Notes under the pieces: generated by a model | Database searches by the model: none | Seen by the model: only the letters and a program-made list of their open reading frames with translations | What the model was told of the DNA's origin: nothing | In this document: one piece after another, positions 41,570-51,785 of the stretch | Layout of the letters: each line of letters begins with the position of its first letter | How positions within the stretch are numbered: the first letter of the stretch is position 1 | Virus record (IMG/VR): IMGVR_UViG_3300042731_006431 | Coordinates: 2,886-66,885 of that record | Direction: 5' to 3' (one strand) | From: a virus | Length of the DNA stretch: 64,000 bases | Position numbers and translations under genes: made by a program

Positions 41570-42495
41570 AGTTTATTTCCTAACAAATCAGTAGTTTCTG
41601 TTTTCTCCTCGGTTGTAGGGTTAGCACTAACAGCACTAACCTCACAACTTTGGAAATAGGAGAAAAGAGATTCGTAAGATTGCTTGTAATTGTTGTGATT
41701 AACCATTATTTGATAGGTTGATTTAATATAATCTATAAATTCACTTTTCGATTTAAATCTTTGATCTGTTTTTTCTTTGTGTAAAGTATATAATTTTGCG
41801 TACCAATCATCATTATCAATAGGCACACCTACATTTAACCAATCCGCTAACTTTTTACCAAACTTTTCGTCAATCAAATTTATTGTTTTGTCTTGAAATT
41901 TACCTGTACGATCTTTTTCGATAGTGCAAATATGGTCAGTTGAAATATTCAACAGTAAATCAAATTCATATTCTATCCCCTTTCCTTGCTCAGGCTTTAA
42001 ACCAATTCGTGAAATAGTTTTTTTACCATTTGAATCTTGAGTAGCCCACTCAGTACTAGATCTCATTGTTACAATTATATGAGAATTAGATCTAAGAATA
42101 GAATTTACAAATTTCTTTTGTTTGGGCGTACCTTCAGACCATGCTCTCCAATCGTTACCTTTATATTTTGAAGAATTTGATAAAATTGATATTTCTTCTA
42201 GTAACTCTTGCCATGCGTGGGAAAGACTGTCAATTATAAGTATATCATAATCTTTCGCTTCTTCTATTGCGTTGATATACGCTTGAATATTACAAATTTC
42301 CAGCTCACAAACATCAAAATCAAATTGGTCACTATATTTCGAAGCACTTCCACGCTCAGTATCTATAACAGCAATAGAACCCCCCATGCCTTTCGCTATT
42401 CTTAAAGCAGAATAAGTTTTTCCACTCCCTGATGGTCCGTAAATTGCAGCTCTTAAACGAGCTTGTTTTTTAGTTGCTTTTTTAAATGTTGCCAT
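41566..42495 (-). CDS. Sak4-like AAA ATPase (single-strand annealing recombinase)
   Basis: FKKA...ARLR.AI.GPSGSGKT, IDTE.GSA, IIDSLSHAW, EYEFD, KDRT. Confidence 0.85.
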   Translation of the reverse strand: MATFKKATKKQARLRAAIYGPSGSGKTYSALRIAKGMGGSIAVIDTERGSASKYSDQFDFDVCELEICNIQAYINAIEEAKDYDILIIDSLSHAWQELLEEISILSNSSKYKGNDWRAWSEGTPKQKKFVNSILRSNSHIIVTMRSSTEWATQDSNGKKTISRIGLKPEQGKGIEYEFDLLLNISTDHICTIEKDRTGKFQDKTINLIDEKFGKKLADWLNVGVPIDNDDWYAKLYTLHKEKTDQRFKSKSEFIDYIKSTYQIMVNHNNYKQSYESLFSYFQSCEVSAVSANPTTEEKTETTDLLGNKL

Positions 42496-42907
42496 ATCTT
42501 TCTCCTAATCTAATAATTTAAAATATTCAGTTGCCTTTATAGGCTTTAAAATTCCATCATAAACAAAAAATGCTTCTCTTTTTTCTTCTATATATGCTCG
42601 GTTGTAAGTATATTCAACAAATTTATCATAACAAAATTCTTCTAACGTTTTTTCATCGCCCAACACCGGTACTTTCCCAATATTTTTATCAATAATTTCA
42701 TACCACTTGCAATAAATTTTAATAAAAAAATAATTAGTGCTATGTATATCTACAAAATATTGTAATATGTGTGGTCGCCCCTTATGAGTAATAAATATAT
42801 TCCCATCAATGTCAGAGCATGAATTTAGATCTGAGCATCTGTTGAAAATATTGTCAATTAGTCTTATTTCTAAATAACCGAGAATTGTTTTTTTAAAGAT
42901 AGTATCT

Positions 42908-43060
42908 TTATTCTTTACCGTCAAATTTTTCCTCCAATAACTCTTTCAGTAAGTTACTAACATAACGGTGAAATCGTTGATTCTTTTCTTCTGCTATTTT
43001 TTTTAATTGCTCATGTACTTTGCTATCAATATAGATAGCGCTTTTATTAGTTAGATTCAT
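42908..43060 (-). CDS. 50-aa ribbon-helix-helix (Arc/CopG-like) regulator, not in the ORF track
   Basis: MNLTNKSAIYIDSKVHEQLKKIAEEKNQRFHRYVSNLLKELLEE; GGAGG RBS. Confidence 0.6.
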   Translation of the reverse strand: MNLTNKSAIYIDSKVHEQLKKIAEEKNQRFHRYVSNLLKELLEEKFDGKE

Positions 43061-43071
43061 TTAGCCTCCAT

Positions 43072-43330
43072 TTAATTAGTTTTATCCCAAAAATGCAAAT
43101 CAGTCTCTAAATTTCTAACCACCATACTTAAAAAACTATGGTCAAATTCTCGAAGGTTATATATACCTGGTTTCCCAGGTGATGTAATCTTTAAATCTTT
43201 ACCAATTAAATAAATGGTATTAATATGTATTATTTTAAATACTATTTCATCGGTTAAATATTTATCAGCATATATTTGTATTGTAGAAAGCAGGTTTAAT
43301 CTTTCTGTTTCATGTTCTTTAATATCATGC
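43072..43330 (-). CDS. hypothetical protein (probable start MHDIKE near 43330)
   Basis: AAGGAG RBS right after the repeated hairpin. Confidence 0.55.
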
Positions 43331-43345
43331 ATAGTTAACTCCTTA

Positions 43346-43373
43346 TTTATCGCCCCGACTATGCGGGGCTTTG
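43346..43373 (-). repeat. 28-bp GC hairpin element, copy 2
   Basis: TTTATCGCCCCGACTATGCGGGGCTTTG. Confidence 0.85.
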
Positions 43374-43421
43374 TTTGTTTAAGCTTCCAGTCACATGATG
43401 ATGTTGAGTAGAATGCATCTT

Positions 43422-43647
43422 TCATCTAACACCGTATTCTTTTACTATTTTCACTCCGCCCATCTCTAAAAGCAATTTGTCATCGCAATTTATCTCGCAA
43501 AGAACCTTATCATCCTTGCAAAATAGATAATTAATTCCATCATTGAAATTGGTATTCCTTATCCTCAACTTCAATGATTACAAATTCTACAGTTATTAAG
43601 CTTTTTCCCGATCGAGAATACTTTTTTTGAATTACATGCTTGTACAT
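43422..43647 (-). pseudogene. internally deleted, frameshifted copy of gene 26910..27593
   Basis: MYKHVIQKKYSRSGKS.. then, in another frame, GINYLFCKDDKVLCEINCDDKLLLEMGGVKIVKEY identical to the intact copy's C-terminus. Confidence 0.85.
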
Positions 43648-43682
43648 AATTTCCTCCTAACTTTTTTTTAACTTATGCTCAA

Positions 43683-43711
43683 AATATAAAACATCTATTT
43701 CAAATCGTCAA
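43683..43711 (-). promoter_or_regulatory. sigma70 promoter of the leftward early/recombination operon
   Basis: TTGACG-N17-TATATT. Confidence 0.7.
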
Positions 43712-43825
43712 GCATTTTTTATAAAAAAGTTAAAATATTTTTTAACTATTAATTTATAATAATTTATACACGCATACTTAAATTTTTATTATCTTTATTA
43801 GAATATTATTATATGAGGTGATAAA

Positions 43826-44458
43826 TTGTTCACAATTAAAGGTAAAGATTCAGAAGGCAATATAAAAAGAACTTCCAGGGGTGCAACTGCTACAGATATA
43901 GAATATAACATATTTACTCCAATTGAATTGGCTAAATCATGCTTTAAAAAATCAATACCATTTGTTGGTGAAAAACATATTGATATTTTAGATGCTTTTT
44001 CTGGCACTGGAAATTTAAGCTTTGCAGCAAGTTCTATTTTCAAATTTGATAGATGTTTAATGATAGAAAATAACTGCAAATTTGCAGAAAACTGCATGGA
44101 TAAATTTAGCGATAATCCTTTATTTAGAAATATTTATTGTGAATTAATTGATATTGAATATTTTATAGATAACAATAAATCTAAATTTGATTTGATTCTG
44201 TGTAACCCACCATTTAGAGCTCAATATATGGAAGATGTATTATGGAAGTTACATAATATATTAACTGATAATGGTCATATTCTTTTATTTGCCCCAATGT
44301 ACTTTTTGAACAATTCTGATAAACGGTTAAAACGCATATCTAAACATTTAAAACATGTAATTATGTTGTCAAAAATGGCATTTAATAGGCCGTTGCATAC
44401 GGTTTTTATGATAATATCTAAATCTGAAGTAGAAGAATTTAAAAGTTTTTGTTTATAG
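43826..44458 (+). CDS. amino (N6-adenine-type) methyltransferase, probably DNA
   Basis: FTP, ILDAFSGTGNL (motif I), FDLILCNPPF (motif IV). Confidence 0.8.
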   Translation: MFTIKGKDSEGNIKRTSRGATATDIEYNIFTPIELAKSCFKKSIPFVGEKHIDILDAFSGTGNLSFAASSIFKFDRCLMIENNCKFAENCMDKFSDNPLFRNIYCELIDIEYFIDNNKSKFDLILCNPPFRAQYMEDVLWKLHNILTDNGHILLFAPMYFLNNSDKRLKRISKHLKHVIMLSKMAFNRPLHTVFMIISKSEVEEFKSFCL

Positions 44459-44682
44459 AGGTTATATGGAAGAGCTAATAAAAGAATTGAACGGCAAAGT
44501 TGATGAGCTAATAAAAGAAATAATAAAATTAGATATGAAAAATTTAAATGAATCTGATTTAAAAGAAATGAATCACATTTTATTTCATTGTGATACATTA
44601 ATTGATAAAATTACTATCATGACAGCGCTACACAACAGGAAAGAATATAATTTTAAGAATTTAGGTTATGGGTTAAATTGAA

Positions 44683-45174
44683 ATGAACTATTATGATATT
44701 GCTAAAATAGTGGTTGATAAACACTTTAATACTTATAAAGATAAGCAAGAATTGTATTTAGTGGCCAACGAAGCTGTTTTTGTTGCATTAAAAAAATATG
44801 ATAATAGAAAAAGCTGTAAATTAACATCTTATATAAATATATATGTGAGATGGATGATTTTAAATTATTTAAAAAAAGAACAAAAACAGGTTGTAGCTTT
44901 CAAAAGAGCAAAAAAAATATTAAATGTGTGCCATTATGATAAGTATGAATTTATTGATAAAAGTATTTTAGATTATGAAATTCCTAAATTACTCCCTAAA
45001 CTACCACCTCGAAAACGTGAAATATTAGAAATGTTATATAATGGTTTATCAATTGATGAGATAAAACAAATATTAGGTGTTAAAAGGCATGCTGTAACGC
45101 AACATATATTACAAATAAAAAATAATTTAGAAAAATACAAGAAAAATGATAAAAAAAGTGTACAAATTGATTAA
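44683..45174 (+). CDS. second small sigma-70-family factor
   Basis: QEL...A......AL.KYD.....L.SY...YVR..ILNYL; LPPR.REIL.M...G.S..EI...LG. Confidence 0.75.
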   Translation: MNYYDIAKIVVDKHFNTYKDKQELYLVANEAVFVALKKYDNRKSCKLTSYINIYVRWMILNYLKKEQKQVVAFKRAKKILNVCHYDKYEFIDKSILDYEIPKLLPKLPPRKREILEMLYNGLSIDEIKQILGVKRHAVTQHILQIKNNLEKYKKNDKKSVQID

Positions 45175-45188
45175 AAATATGTTATATA
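45157..45188 (+). promoter_or_regulatory. variant of the late promoter motif upstream of the resolvase/modification cluster
   Basis: AGTGTACAAA-N14-GTTATATA, same 14-nt spacer. Confidence 0.55.
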
Positions 45189-45201
45189 TAAGAGGTGATG
45201 A

Positions 45202-45654
45202 ATGATTAATCACGGCAAAAAATTCGAAGAAGTTATAATAGATAGAAATAAGCACCTTAAATATAGATATAAAGCCTTTGATATTCTTAAAACTTCACCT
45301 AACCGTACACATTCTGGTACATATATAGGGAAAGGACTTCCTGATTTTATAGGCTATACAATATCCAAAGATGATCAATTGGCGCTTTATATGTTTGAAC
45401 TTAAAACTATAGAAAACGGTAGCACGCTTAAAAAAACATACATTAAAGAGCATCAATTGAGATGGTTGTACAATATAAGAAAAAAAATGAATGCGTTCTT
45501 TTTAGTATGGTTTGTTAACGAATTTGAATATTGGAAATTACCAGTTACTGATGATGTTTACAATCGATATTATCAAAAAGGAAAAACTTATAACCGCGAA
45601 TTCTTTGAAGAGCACGGTTATAAAATTGATATTGCAAATTATTTGGAGGGGTAG
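45202..45654 (+). CDS. recU: RecU-like Holliday junction resolvase (PD-(D/E)xK)
   Basis: N.GK.FE, PDF.G, FELK, IKEHQ..L. Confidence 0.75.
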   Translation: MINHGKKFEEVIIDRNKHLKYRYKAFDILKTSPNRTHSGTYIGKGLPDFIGYTISKDDQLALYMFELKTIENGSTLKKTYIKEHQLRWLYNIRKKMNAFFLVWFVNEFEYWKLPVTDDVYNRYYQKGKTYNREFFEEHGYKIDIANYLEG

Positions 45655-45656
45655 TA

Positions 45657-46241
45657 ATGCCATTTAGTATATTTGACACGCATAAGTACATGACTGATGC
45701 GATGAAAATTGGTTTTAAAACTATTTGTAATGATAGGAAATTAGAAATACTTGATTGTGGCGTTGGCGTTGGGATTGTAGGAAATTCAATAAAAAATGTA
45801 TTTGGAGATGATGTTGATATTTATGGAGTAGAAATTCACGCGGCTTATATCAACGATGAGAATTTAAAAGCTATATTAAAAGATAAGTATGGTCTATTCC
45901 ATGAATGCTATAAAGATATAGAAATTGATGATATGAGATTCATGCTTAGAAAGTTGCCATCAAAAAGCGTTGACTATGTTGTTTTTGGAGACAGTCTGGA
46001 ACATATACCAGAGCCTGATATTATACCTACCTTATCCGATGCAATGCGGGTAAGCAGGTTCGGAGTGTTTGTTAATGCTCCAATTGTAGTAATGCCACAA
46101 GGTGCCGTATATGACAATGAATATGAAACTCATCATGTACATTATGATAGGAAAAAGTGGGAGTCGCTTGGTAGTAAATGTTTAGGCGAGAGTGAAAATC
46201 ATCGGGTTGCGATGTTTTACTTTGGAAATATGGTGGTATAG
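45657..46241 (+). CDS. class I SAM-dependent methyltransferase
   Basis: LDCGVGVG, YGVE, GDSLEH, PQGA..N.YE.H. Confidence 0.8.
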   Translation: MPFSIFDTHKYMTDAMKIGFKTICNDRKLEILDCGVGVGIVGNSIKNVFGDDVDIYGVEIHAAYINDENLKAILKDKYGLFHECYKDIEIDDMRFMLRKLPSKSVDYVVFGDSLEHIPEPDIIPTLSDAMRVSRFGVFVNAPIVVMPQGAVYDNEYETHHVHYDRKKWESLGSKCLGESENHRVAMFYFGNMVV

Positions 46242-47234
46242 ATGATGGAGATAACGATTAAAATTACAAAAGAACACCTGCTTAAAGCAGGCGCAAAATG
46301 GTATAGTAGAGGATATAGACTGTTCAATAAATTATATCCTAACGGATTTGATTTTAATTCACCTCAAGATGCTTTTTTAGAGATTTATAATGGTCCACTT
46401 CGGCGATGGGTCGGCTGGATGTATCGAATAGTTAGTTATCCAATAATTACAAACTCCCATCATTTTATATTCTCACATTTTGATTTCAAAGGTTTTAATT
46501 TATCAGGACTTGACTTCTCAGATTGGAGTTTAGATAATTCTGATTTTTCAGGTTGTAACTTAGTTGGAACTAACTTTTCAAAGGCTGCTTTGTTTCATTC
46601 CAATTTTGAAGGTGTTAATGCAAAGCACGCTAATTTTTCTGACACAATGATGCAATGCTGTAAACTTTGTAATTCAAACTTGCGCTTTACAAATTTTGAA
46701 CATGCTAATATGCAATCTTGTGATTTGTCTGCAACTGATTTAAAAGGAGCAAATTTTAAAAACGCTAATTTATATGATGCAATAGGATATAAAGATAGCA
46801 GAAAAGCAAGTAGTAAAGACAAAAGTGATGATTTATGCATATATCAGATACATAATTACATAAAAAGAATATCGTTTAAAAAGTACAGAGAAACAAAGAA
46901 AAATTGGTTTTATAATTGGTCTTGTTTTGTGCGGAAAAATAATCCGCAGATTGAGAAGGGTGATTTTATTTTAACCGGTAAAGAAAAAGACGGAACTTAT
47001 AATTTTTTAAGAGTCTTATCAGTTGAATATGTTGGTTGGGAAGGTTCAAATCTTTGGAAACAGGAAGAGGCGTGGTGGGCACAACCTCACCCAGAATATA
47101 GAGGGACTGCGAGATCTTTAAATGATTCAGAAATCGAATATTTAAGAGAGATTGGAAGGCAAATGATGGAAAGATTTAAAAAAGGATATAGACAGTTAAA
47201 TCCATATAGAAAAAATGAAATGGAGGATAATTAA
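46242..47234 (+). CDS. pentapeptide repeat protein with extra C-terminal domain
   Basis: About 20 (S/A)(D/N)(F/L)xx repeats in the middle. Confidence 0.85.
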   Translation: MMEITIKITKEHLLKAGAKWYSRGYRLFNKLYPNGFDFNSPQDAFLEIYNGPLRRWVGWMYRIVSYPIITNSHHFIFSHFDFKGFNLSGLDFSDWSLDNSDFSGCNLVGTNFSKAALFHSNFEGVNAKHANFSDTMMQCCKLCNSNLRFTNFEHANMQSCDLSATDLKGANFKNANLYDAIGYKDSRKASSKDKSDDLCIYQIHNYIKRISFKKYRETKKNWFYNWSCFVRKNNPQIEKGDFILTGKEKDGTYNFLRVLSVEYVGWEGSNLWKQEEAWWAQPHPEYRGTARSLNDSEIEYLREIGRQMMERFKKGYRQLNPYRKNEMEDN

Positions 47235-48105
47235 TGTGATAATAGCACACTATAAAAAAACAAAATTAGCTATGGCACCGGATGCAATAAGTGAAGCTAT
47301 TAACCGGCATACAAAACATGAAAGTTTTGTGACTGATGTTATTGAAGAACTTAAAAGTGCTGATTTTGTTCATTATCACAATCAATTTTTTGATGCTGGT
47401 AAACCTTGTCTAATTCAATATCATAGCGAACCGATCAACCCGTTTTTGAATATTGATGCTCCCGTAAAAAAAAGATTAACTCTTTTGCAGTATCACTGCA
47501 CATTACCAGAATATGCTGATTGTATACCTATGCGTAATGTGATTAACTTTGACACAGAAGTTTTTGAAAACGCAGATCAAGCAAGTGACACAAAAATAAG
47601 AATAGGTTATTACCCTTCTACATATAGAAAGAATAATGAATACTTTGATAAAGGCTATGAAGAGACTATGCCAATTTTAGAGCGGTTATCGAAAGAGTTA
47701 GACATCGAAATAGATGTTCCTGGCAAAATGATTGATCATAGTGAATGTTTGGAACGAAAAAAGAAGTGTCATATCATTATTGATGAAGTTAAAACTGGTA
47801 GTTATCATCGAAGTACGCTTGAGGGAATGGCATTGGGAAAGTTGGTGGTTGTTAATATATCTGAAACTCTTGGAAATAAACTATATCAATATGATCATAT
47901 ATTACCAATATGGAATTGCACGCTTGATAACTTGGAGGAATCGCTTAGTTTTTGGATTGAGCTACTTGGATCACAGGAAACAAATATACAGCAATGGAAA
48001 ATAGAAGGAAAATCAGCTAAATTGTATATGGAAAAATTTTGGAATCCAAAAGATGTAGTGCAAGACTACATCAAACAATATGAGGAAGTATTAAAAGGAT
48101 GGTAG
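47215..48105 (+). CDS. glycosyltransferase, GT-B-like
   Basis: KG, IIIDE...G.Y....LEGMALGK.VV (GT4-like C-terminal signature). Confidence 0.7.
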   Translation: MKWRIINVIIAHYKKTKLAMAPDAISEAINRHTKHESFVTDVIEELKSADFVHYHNQFFDAGKPCLIQYHSEPINPFLNIDAPVKKRLTLLQYHCTLPEYADCIPMRNVINFDTEVFENADQASDTKIRIGYYPSTYRKNNEYFDKGYEETMPILERLSKELDIEIDVPGKMIDHSECLERKKKCHIIIDEVKTGSYHRSTLEGMALGKLVVVNISETLGNKLYQYDHILPIWNCTLDNLEESLSFWIELLGSQETNIQQWKIEGKSAKLYMEKFWNPKDVVQDYIKQYEEVLKGW

Positions 48106-48702
48106 ATGAAATTTAAAAAGAGCGATAGAATTATATTAGTAGGGAACGGACCAAGTACTTTAAAAAGAAAAAAAGGCCCTGTTATAAATAATCATGAGAT
48201 AATAATTAGATTAAATGATTGGGTTACTGATGGATTTGAACAACATGTCGGTAGTAAAACTACCCATTGGTTTGTTGGACCTTCTAAATGGTCGAGAATC
48301 AAGGGTAGAGATATAAGCAAACTAAAAGGATTTTGTATGCTACCATATAAACATTATAAGAGCGAATCTTTTATTAGGGAACATCTTAGGAAGTGTTTAG
48401 AACTTGATCCTGATGATTTTGATTTTTTAGACAAAGAAGATTCTCGAAAAATGACCGAAATTGCTACAAATTTTGGATGTGATTTAATTCCTTCAAGTGG
48501 ATTAAACGCTATTCTGTATTTAACATGCATATTAAGATTGCCTATAACTATTATTGGGTTTGACTGTTATCAAGATAAAGATGATTTTACCCATTATTAC
48601 GGTGATAATAATCGAGATCTAACTTTTAACTTGCACAACTGGAAAATAGAAAAGGATATAATAACAGCTCTAAACAAGTTAAATTTTATAAGAATTTTAT
48701 AA
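48106..48702 (+). CDS. GT29 sialyltransferase-like protein
   Basis: Sialylmotif L-like LVGNGPS..I..H..IIRLN..GFE.HVGSKTT; S-like PSSG..IIGFD; HYY; VS-like H....E. Confidence 0.78.
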   Translation: MKFKKSDRIILVGNGPSTLKRKKGPVINNHEIIIRLNDWVTDGFEQHVGSKTTHWFVGPSKWSRIKGRDISKLKGFCMLPYKHYKSESFIREHLRKCLELDPDDFDFLDKEDSRKMTEIATNFGCDLIPSSGLNAILYLTCILRLPITIIGFDCYQDKDDFTHYYGDNNRDLTFNLHNWKIEKDIITALNKLNFIRIL

Positions 48703-48712
48703 GGATAAATTT

Positions 48713-49318
48713 ATGTCACAAAAAGACGAAGCCATAAAACAAGTTTTCGGATTTAAAAATAAGGGGCTTGAATCAATGAGTGGTCCAGGATCATCAATAG
48801 ATGCAACACCTGAAATACGTGTATTTTTACCATACATATTTGAAAAATATGAAATTAGTACAGTTGTTGATGCTCCATGTGGAGACATGAATTGGATGAG
48901 ATTTATTAATTTAAATAAGGTTAATTATTTAGGAATTGATATTGTAGATGAAATTGTTTCTCAAAATGTAATCAATTATCCAGGTTTGAAATTTATGCAG
49001 CTTGATATAATTTCCAACCCAATACCATACGCAGAATGTTATATTATACGTGACTTTTTTATACACTTGCTAAATGAGGATGTTTTAATTATTTTAAATA
49101 AATTAAAAAAAAGTAAAGTTAAATATTTAATCTCAACTTCATTTCCATACTTAAAAACAAATATTGACCAGATAGAAGAGAATCATGAAGGTCGTTATGG
49201 GTTTAGAAAACTAAATTTAAGCATTCAACCATATAATTTAGGTGCTCCAATTGAAAGTATAGTTGAAAAAAATACAGTTTGTGAGGGTCGTATTGTTGGA
49301 TTATGGGAACTAATTTAA
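48713..49318 (+). CDS. class I SAM-dependent methyltransferase
   Basis: SGPGSS, VVDAPCGD.NW, YLGIDIV, RD...HL. Confidence 0.8.
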   Translation: MSQKDEAIKQVFGFKNKGLESMSGPGSSIDATPEIRVFLPYIFEKYEISTVVDAPCGDMNWMRFINLNKVNYLGIDIVDEIVSQNVINYPGLKFMQLDIISNPIPYAECYIIRDFFIHLLNEDVLIILNKLKKSKVKYLISTSFPYLKTNIDQIEENHEGRYGFRKLNLSIQPYNLGAPIESIVEKNTVCEGRIVGLWELI

Positions 49319-49330
49319 AGGAGTATAATT

Positions 49331-50047
49331 ATGAACAAAACTAAAATTGAATGGGCAAAATCAACTTGGAATCCAATTACTGGTTGTACTAAGATCAGTT
49401 CAGGTTGTAAAAATTGTTATGCTGAACGAATGGCTTTTCGATTAAAAGCTATGGGACAGGCTAATTATGTTAATGGATTTGATGTTACTACTCATGAGAA
49501 TATGCTTGAACGCCCACTCCATTGGAGAAAACCTCTGATGATTTTTGTCAATTCGATGAGTGATATTTTTCATGAAGCTATTCCATTTGGTTTTATAGAA
49601 AAGGTTTTTAATGTAATGAATAGAGCCTATTGGCATCAGTTCCAAGTTTTAACAAAACGGGCTGATAATATATCAAAATATAATGGTAGTTTAAATTGGT
49701 CTGATAATATATGGATGGGCGTGACAGTTGAAGAAAATAAATTTAAATTTCGAATCGATCATTTACGAAATTCAAATGCAAAAGTTAAGTTTTTATCTTT
49801 AGAACCATTAATTGGTCCTATTACAGATCTTGACTTAACAGGAATAGATTGGGTAATTGTTGGGGGTGAATCTGGACCTGATGCACGACCGATGAATGAA
49901 GACTGGGTTCGAAAGATTCGTGACTTTGCAATTAAGCACGAAATCCCCTTTTTCTACAAGCAACGACTTGAAGGTAAGAAAAAAGTTTCAATGCCGGAGC
50001 TTGATGGGGTTGTATGGGATCAATATCCTAAAGGATTGGAGGAATAA
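49331..50047 (+). CDS. phage Gp37/Gp68 (DUF5131) radical-SAM-like protein
   Basis: TKIEW..TWNP.TGCTK.S.GC.NCYA, FVNSMSD.FH, LTKR, SLEPL, WVIVGGESG. Confidence 0.92.
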   Translation: MNKTKIEWAKSTWNPITGCTKISSGCKNCYAERMAFRLKAMGQANYVNGFDVTTHENMLERPLHWRKPLMIFVNSMSDIFHEAIPFGFIEKVFNVMNRAYWHQFQVLTKRADNISKYNGSLNWSDNIWMGVTVEENKFKFRIDHLRNSNAKVKFLSLEPLIGPITDLDLTGIDWVIVGGESGPDARPMNEDWVRKIRDFAIKHEIPFFYKQRLEGKKKVSMPELDGVVWDQYPKGLEE

Positions 50048-50232
50048 AAATGGAAGCATGTTGTAAGAATTGTTGTAAAATTGATTACTATAAATATGTG
50101 AGGTATCAAGAACATGATGAATATTATTGTTGGGATAATAGAAATTATTTTAAAATTGATTATGTTTGTGAAAGATATCAAATGAATTTAGAAACATCAA
50201 ACAAATTATTAGCTTTATTGGAGGATTAGATA

Positions 50233-50631
50233 ATGGAAGACAGATTTATAATACGATTTTGGTTGGTTAAAGAAGAAAGAATGATTGAACCTGATCAATA
50301 TGAGTTTGATTGGGAAAATGAATATATCACTATTAATGATGATTTTTGCATTGATGGACAAAATAAATTTGAGTGGGATACAGAGATAATACCTATGCAA
50401 TGCACAGGAAAAGAAGATAAAAATGGAAAATTTATTTATGAAGGGGATATATTATTAATTACTGAATTAAGTAATGGTTATAAAAGACCACCTATAAAAA
50501 GGGTGGTAATTTATGATAATGGTGAATATTATGTAAAAGATAGCGGTTTGATGTGCAATCATGGTATAAAAGATGAGATAATAGGTAACATCTACGAAAA
50601 TCCTGAGTTATTGGAGTTAAGCAATGGCTAA
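50233..50631 (+). CDS. YopX family protein
   Basis: RFW, MQCTG..DKNGK.IYEGDI, EIIGNIYENPELL. Confidence 0.9.
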   Translation: MEDRFIIRFWLVKEERMIEPDQYEFDWENEYITINDDFCIDGQNKFEWDTEIIPMQCTGKEDKNGKFIYEGDILLITELSNGYKRPPIKRVVIYDNGEYYVKDSGLMCNHGIKDEIIGNIYENPELLELSNG

Positions 50632-51785
50632 ATTAGAAAATCAGAAAGTTAGACTCTTTTCTAATTGTAGTGAGGCTGATCGTTTTGAACAGCGAAATTG
50701 TGAACGTTGTCAGAAAGTAGATTTGTATGATGCAAAAAGTAATTGTGTTTTATATGATGCAATGTTATTTGCATACTGGAATGATGGGGATGTCAATCGG
50801 GAAATTGCTGATCGATTAGGATATTCCCAAAATAATCAATGGGATTGTAAAGAAAGGATATTGAGATGATAGACGAAACCAAGTTAAAAAAGATTGTCCA
50901 TTTCGCTTTTATGAAAAACACGACGAAGCAGACGGTATATAATGGGATTCATACTAATAAGCTAACCCGGATATATATCGATCAGGAACCTTTCATCTAC
51001 TTAGATGAGAAAACGATAGGCTGGGAGCCAAGAAGAGTAGGGAAGGGGAGACGGAAGAGGGGGAGAAGGTGACCAAGGAAGACATTTTGAAACGCATTGA
51101 AAGATTGTGCCAAAAAAAGATATCTGACTTTCAGTATAAAGAAAAGTGGAAAAAGTTGCAGTTAATTTGTCGGTATAGGTACAAAAATGTATTAGTCATT
51201 AAAAAGCTTATTTATCAACCAAATAGACACTCTATTATAGATAGTGAGTATTCTATTTATTACATAGATTTAGATAAGCAATATAGATTCGCTGTCGGAA
51301 ACAATATCGAGGCGTTATACAAGTTAATTGATTCTAAATATAAAGATGTAAATCAGTTGAGAGATATAAAAGAACAGGCTGATGTCATGGAAAAGTTAAA
51401 CCGATTTCTTGACTTAGAAGAGGTATAGTATGTCATGTATAGATTTAAAATCTGCAATTCTCAGAGGTTCACTTTATTGTGAAATAATTGATGGAGATAA
51501 CACAAAAGATTTACAAAGAGCAGTTAATCGTTTTTTATGTCATTATAATCATTTACTAACAATAGAGCATGTATCCTATTATAAAAATAGTTGTATTTTA
51601 TTTTTAAGAAAACTATAAAGGATGCTTTAACTATGAAAGCATATTTCATACATTTAAGAAAGAATTGGTTTGTCGCTATATTTTCATTATGGAATATGGT
51701 TACTCATTTTATTCATGGTTTAATCCCTTGTAAATGGACAGAGCATGAGTTTTATGAAAATTTATTTAAAAATAAGGAGTAAACT

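Noticed and set aside
43826-44458. Restriction-modification system
   Set aside because: No adjacent restriction nuclease; the nearby PD-(D/E)xK protein has RecU motifs, so this is treated as an orphan methyltransferase
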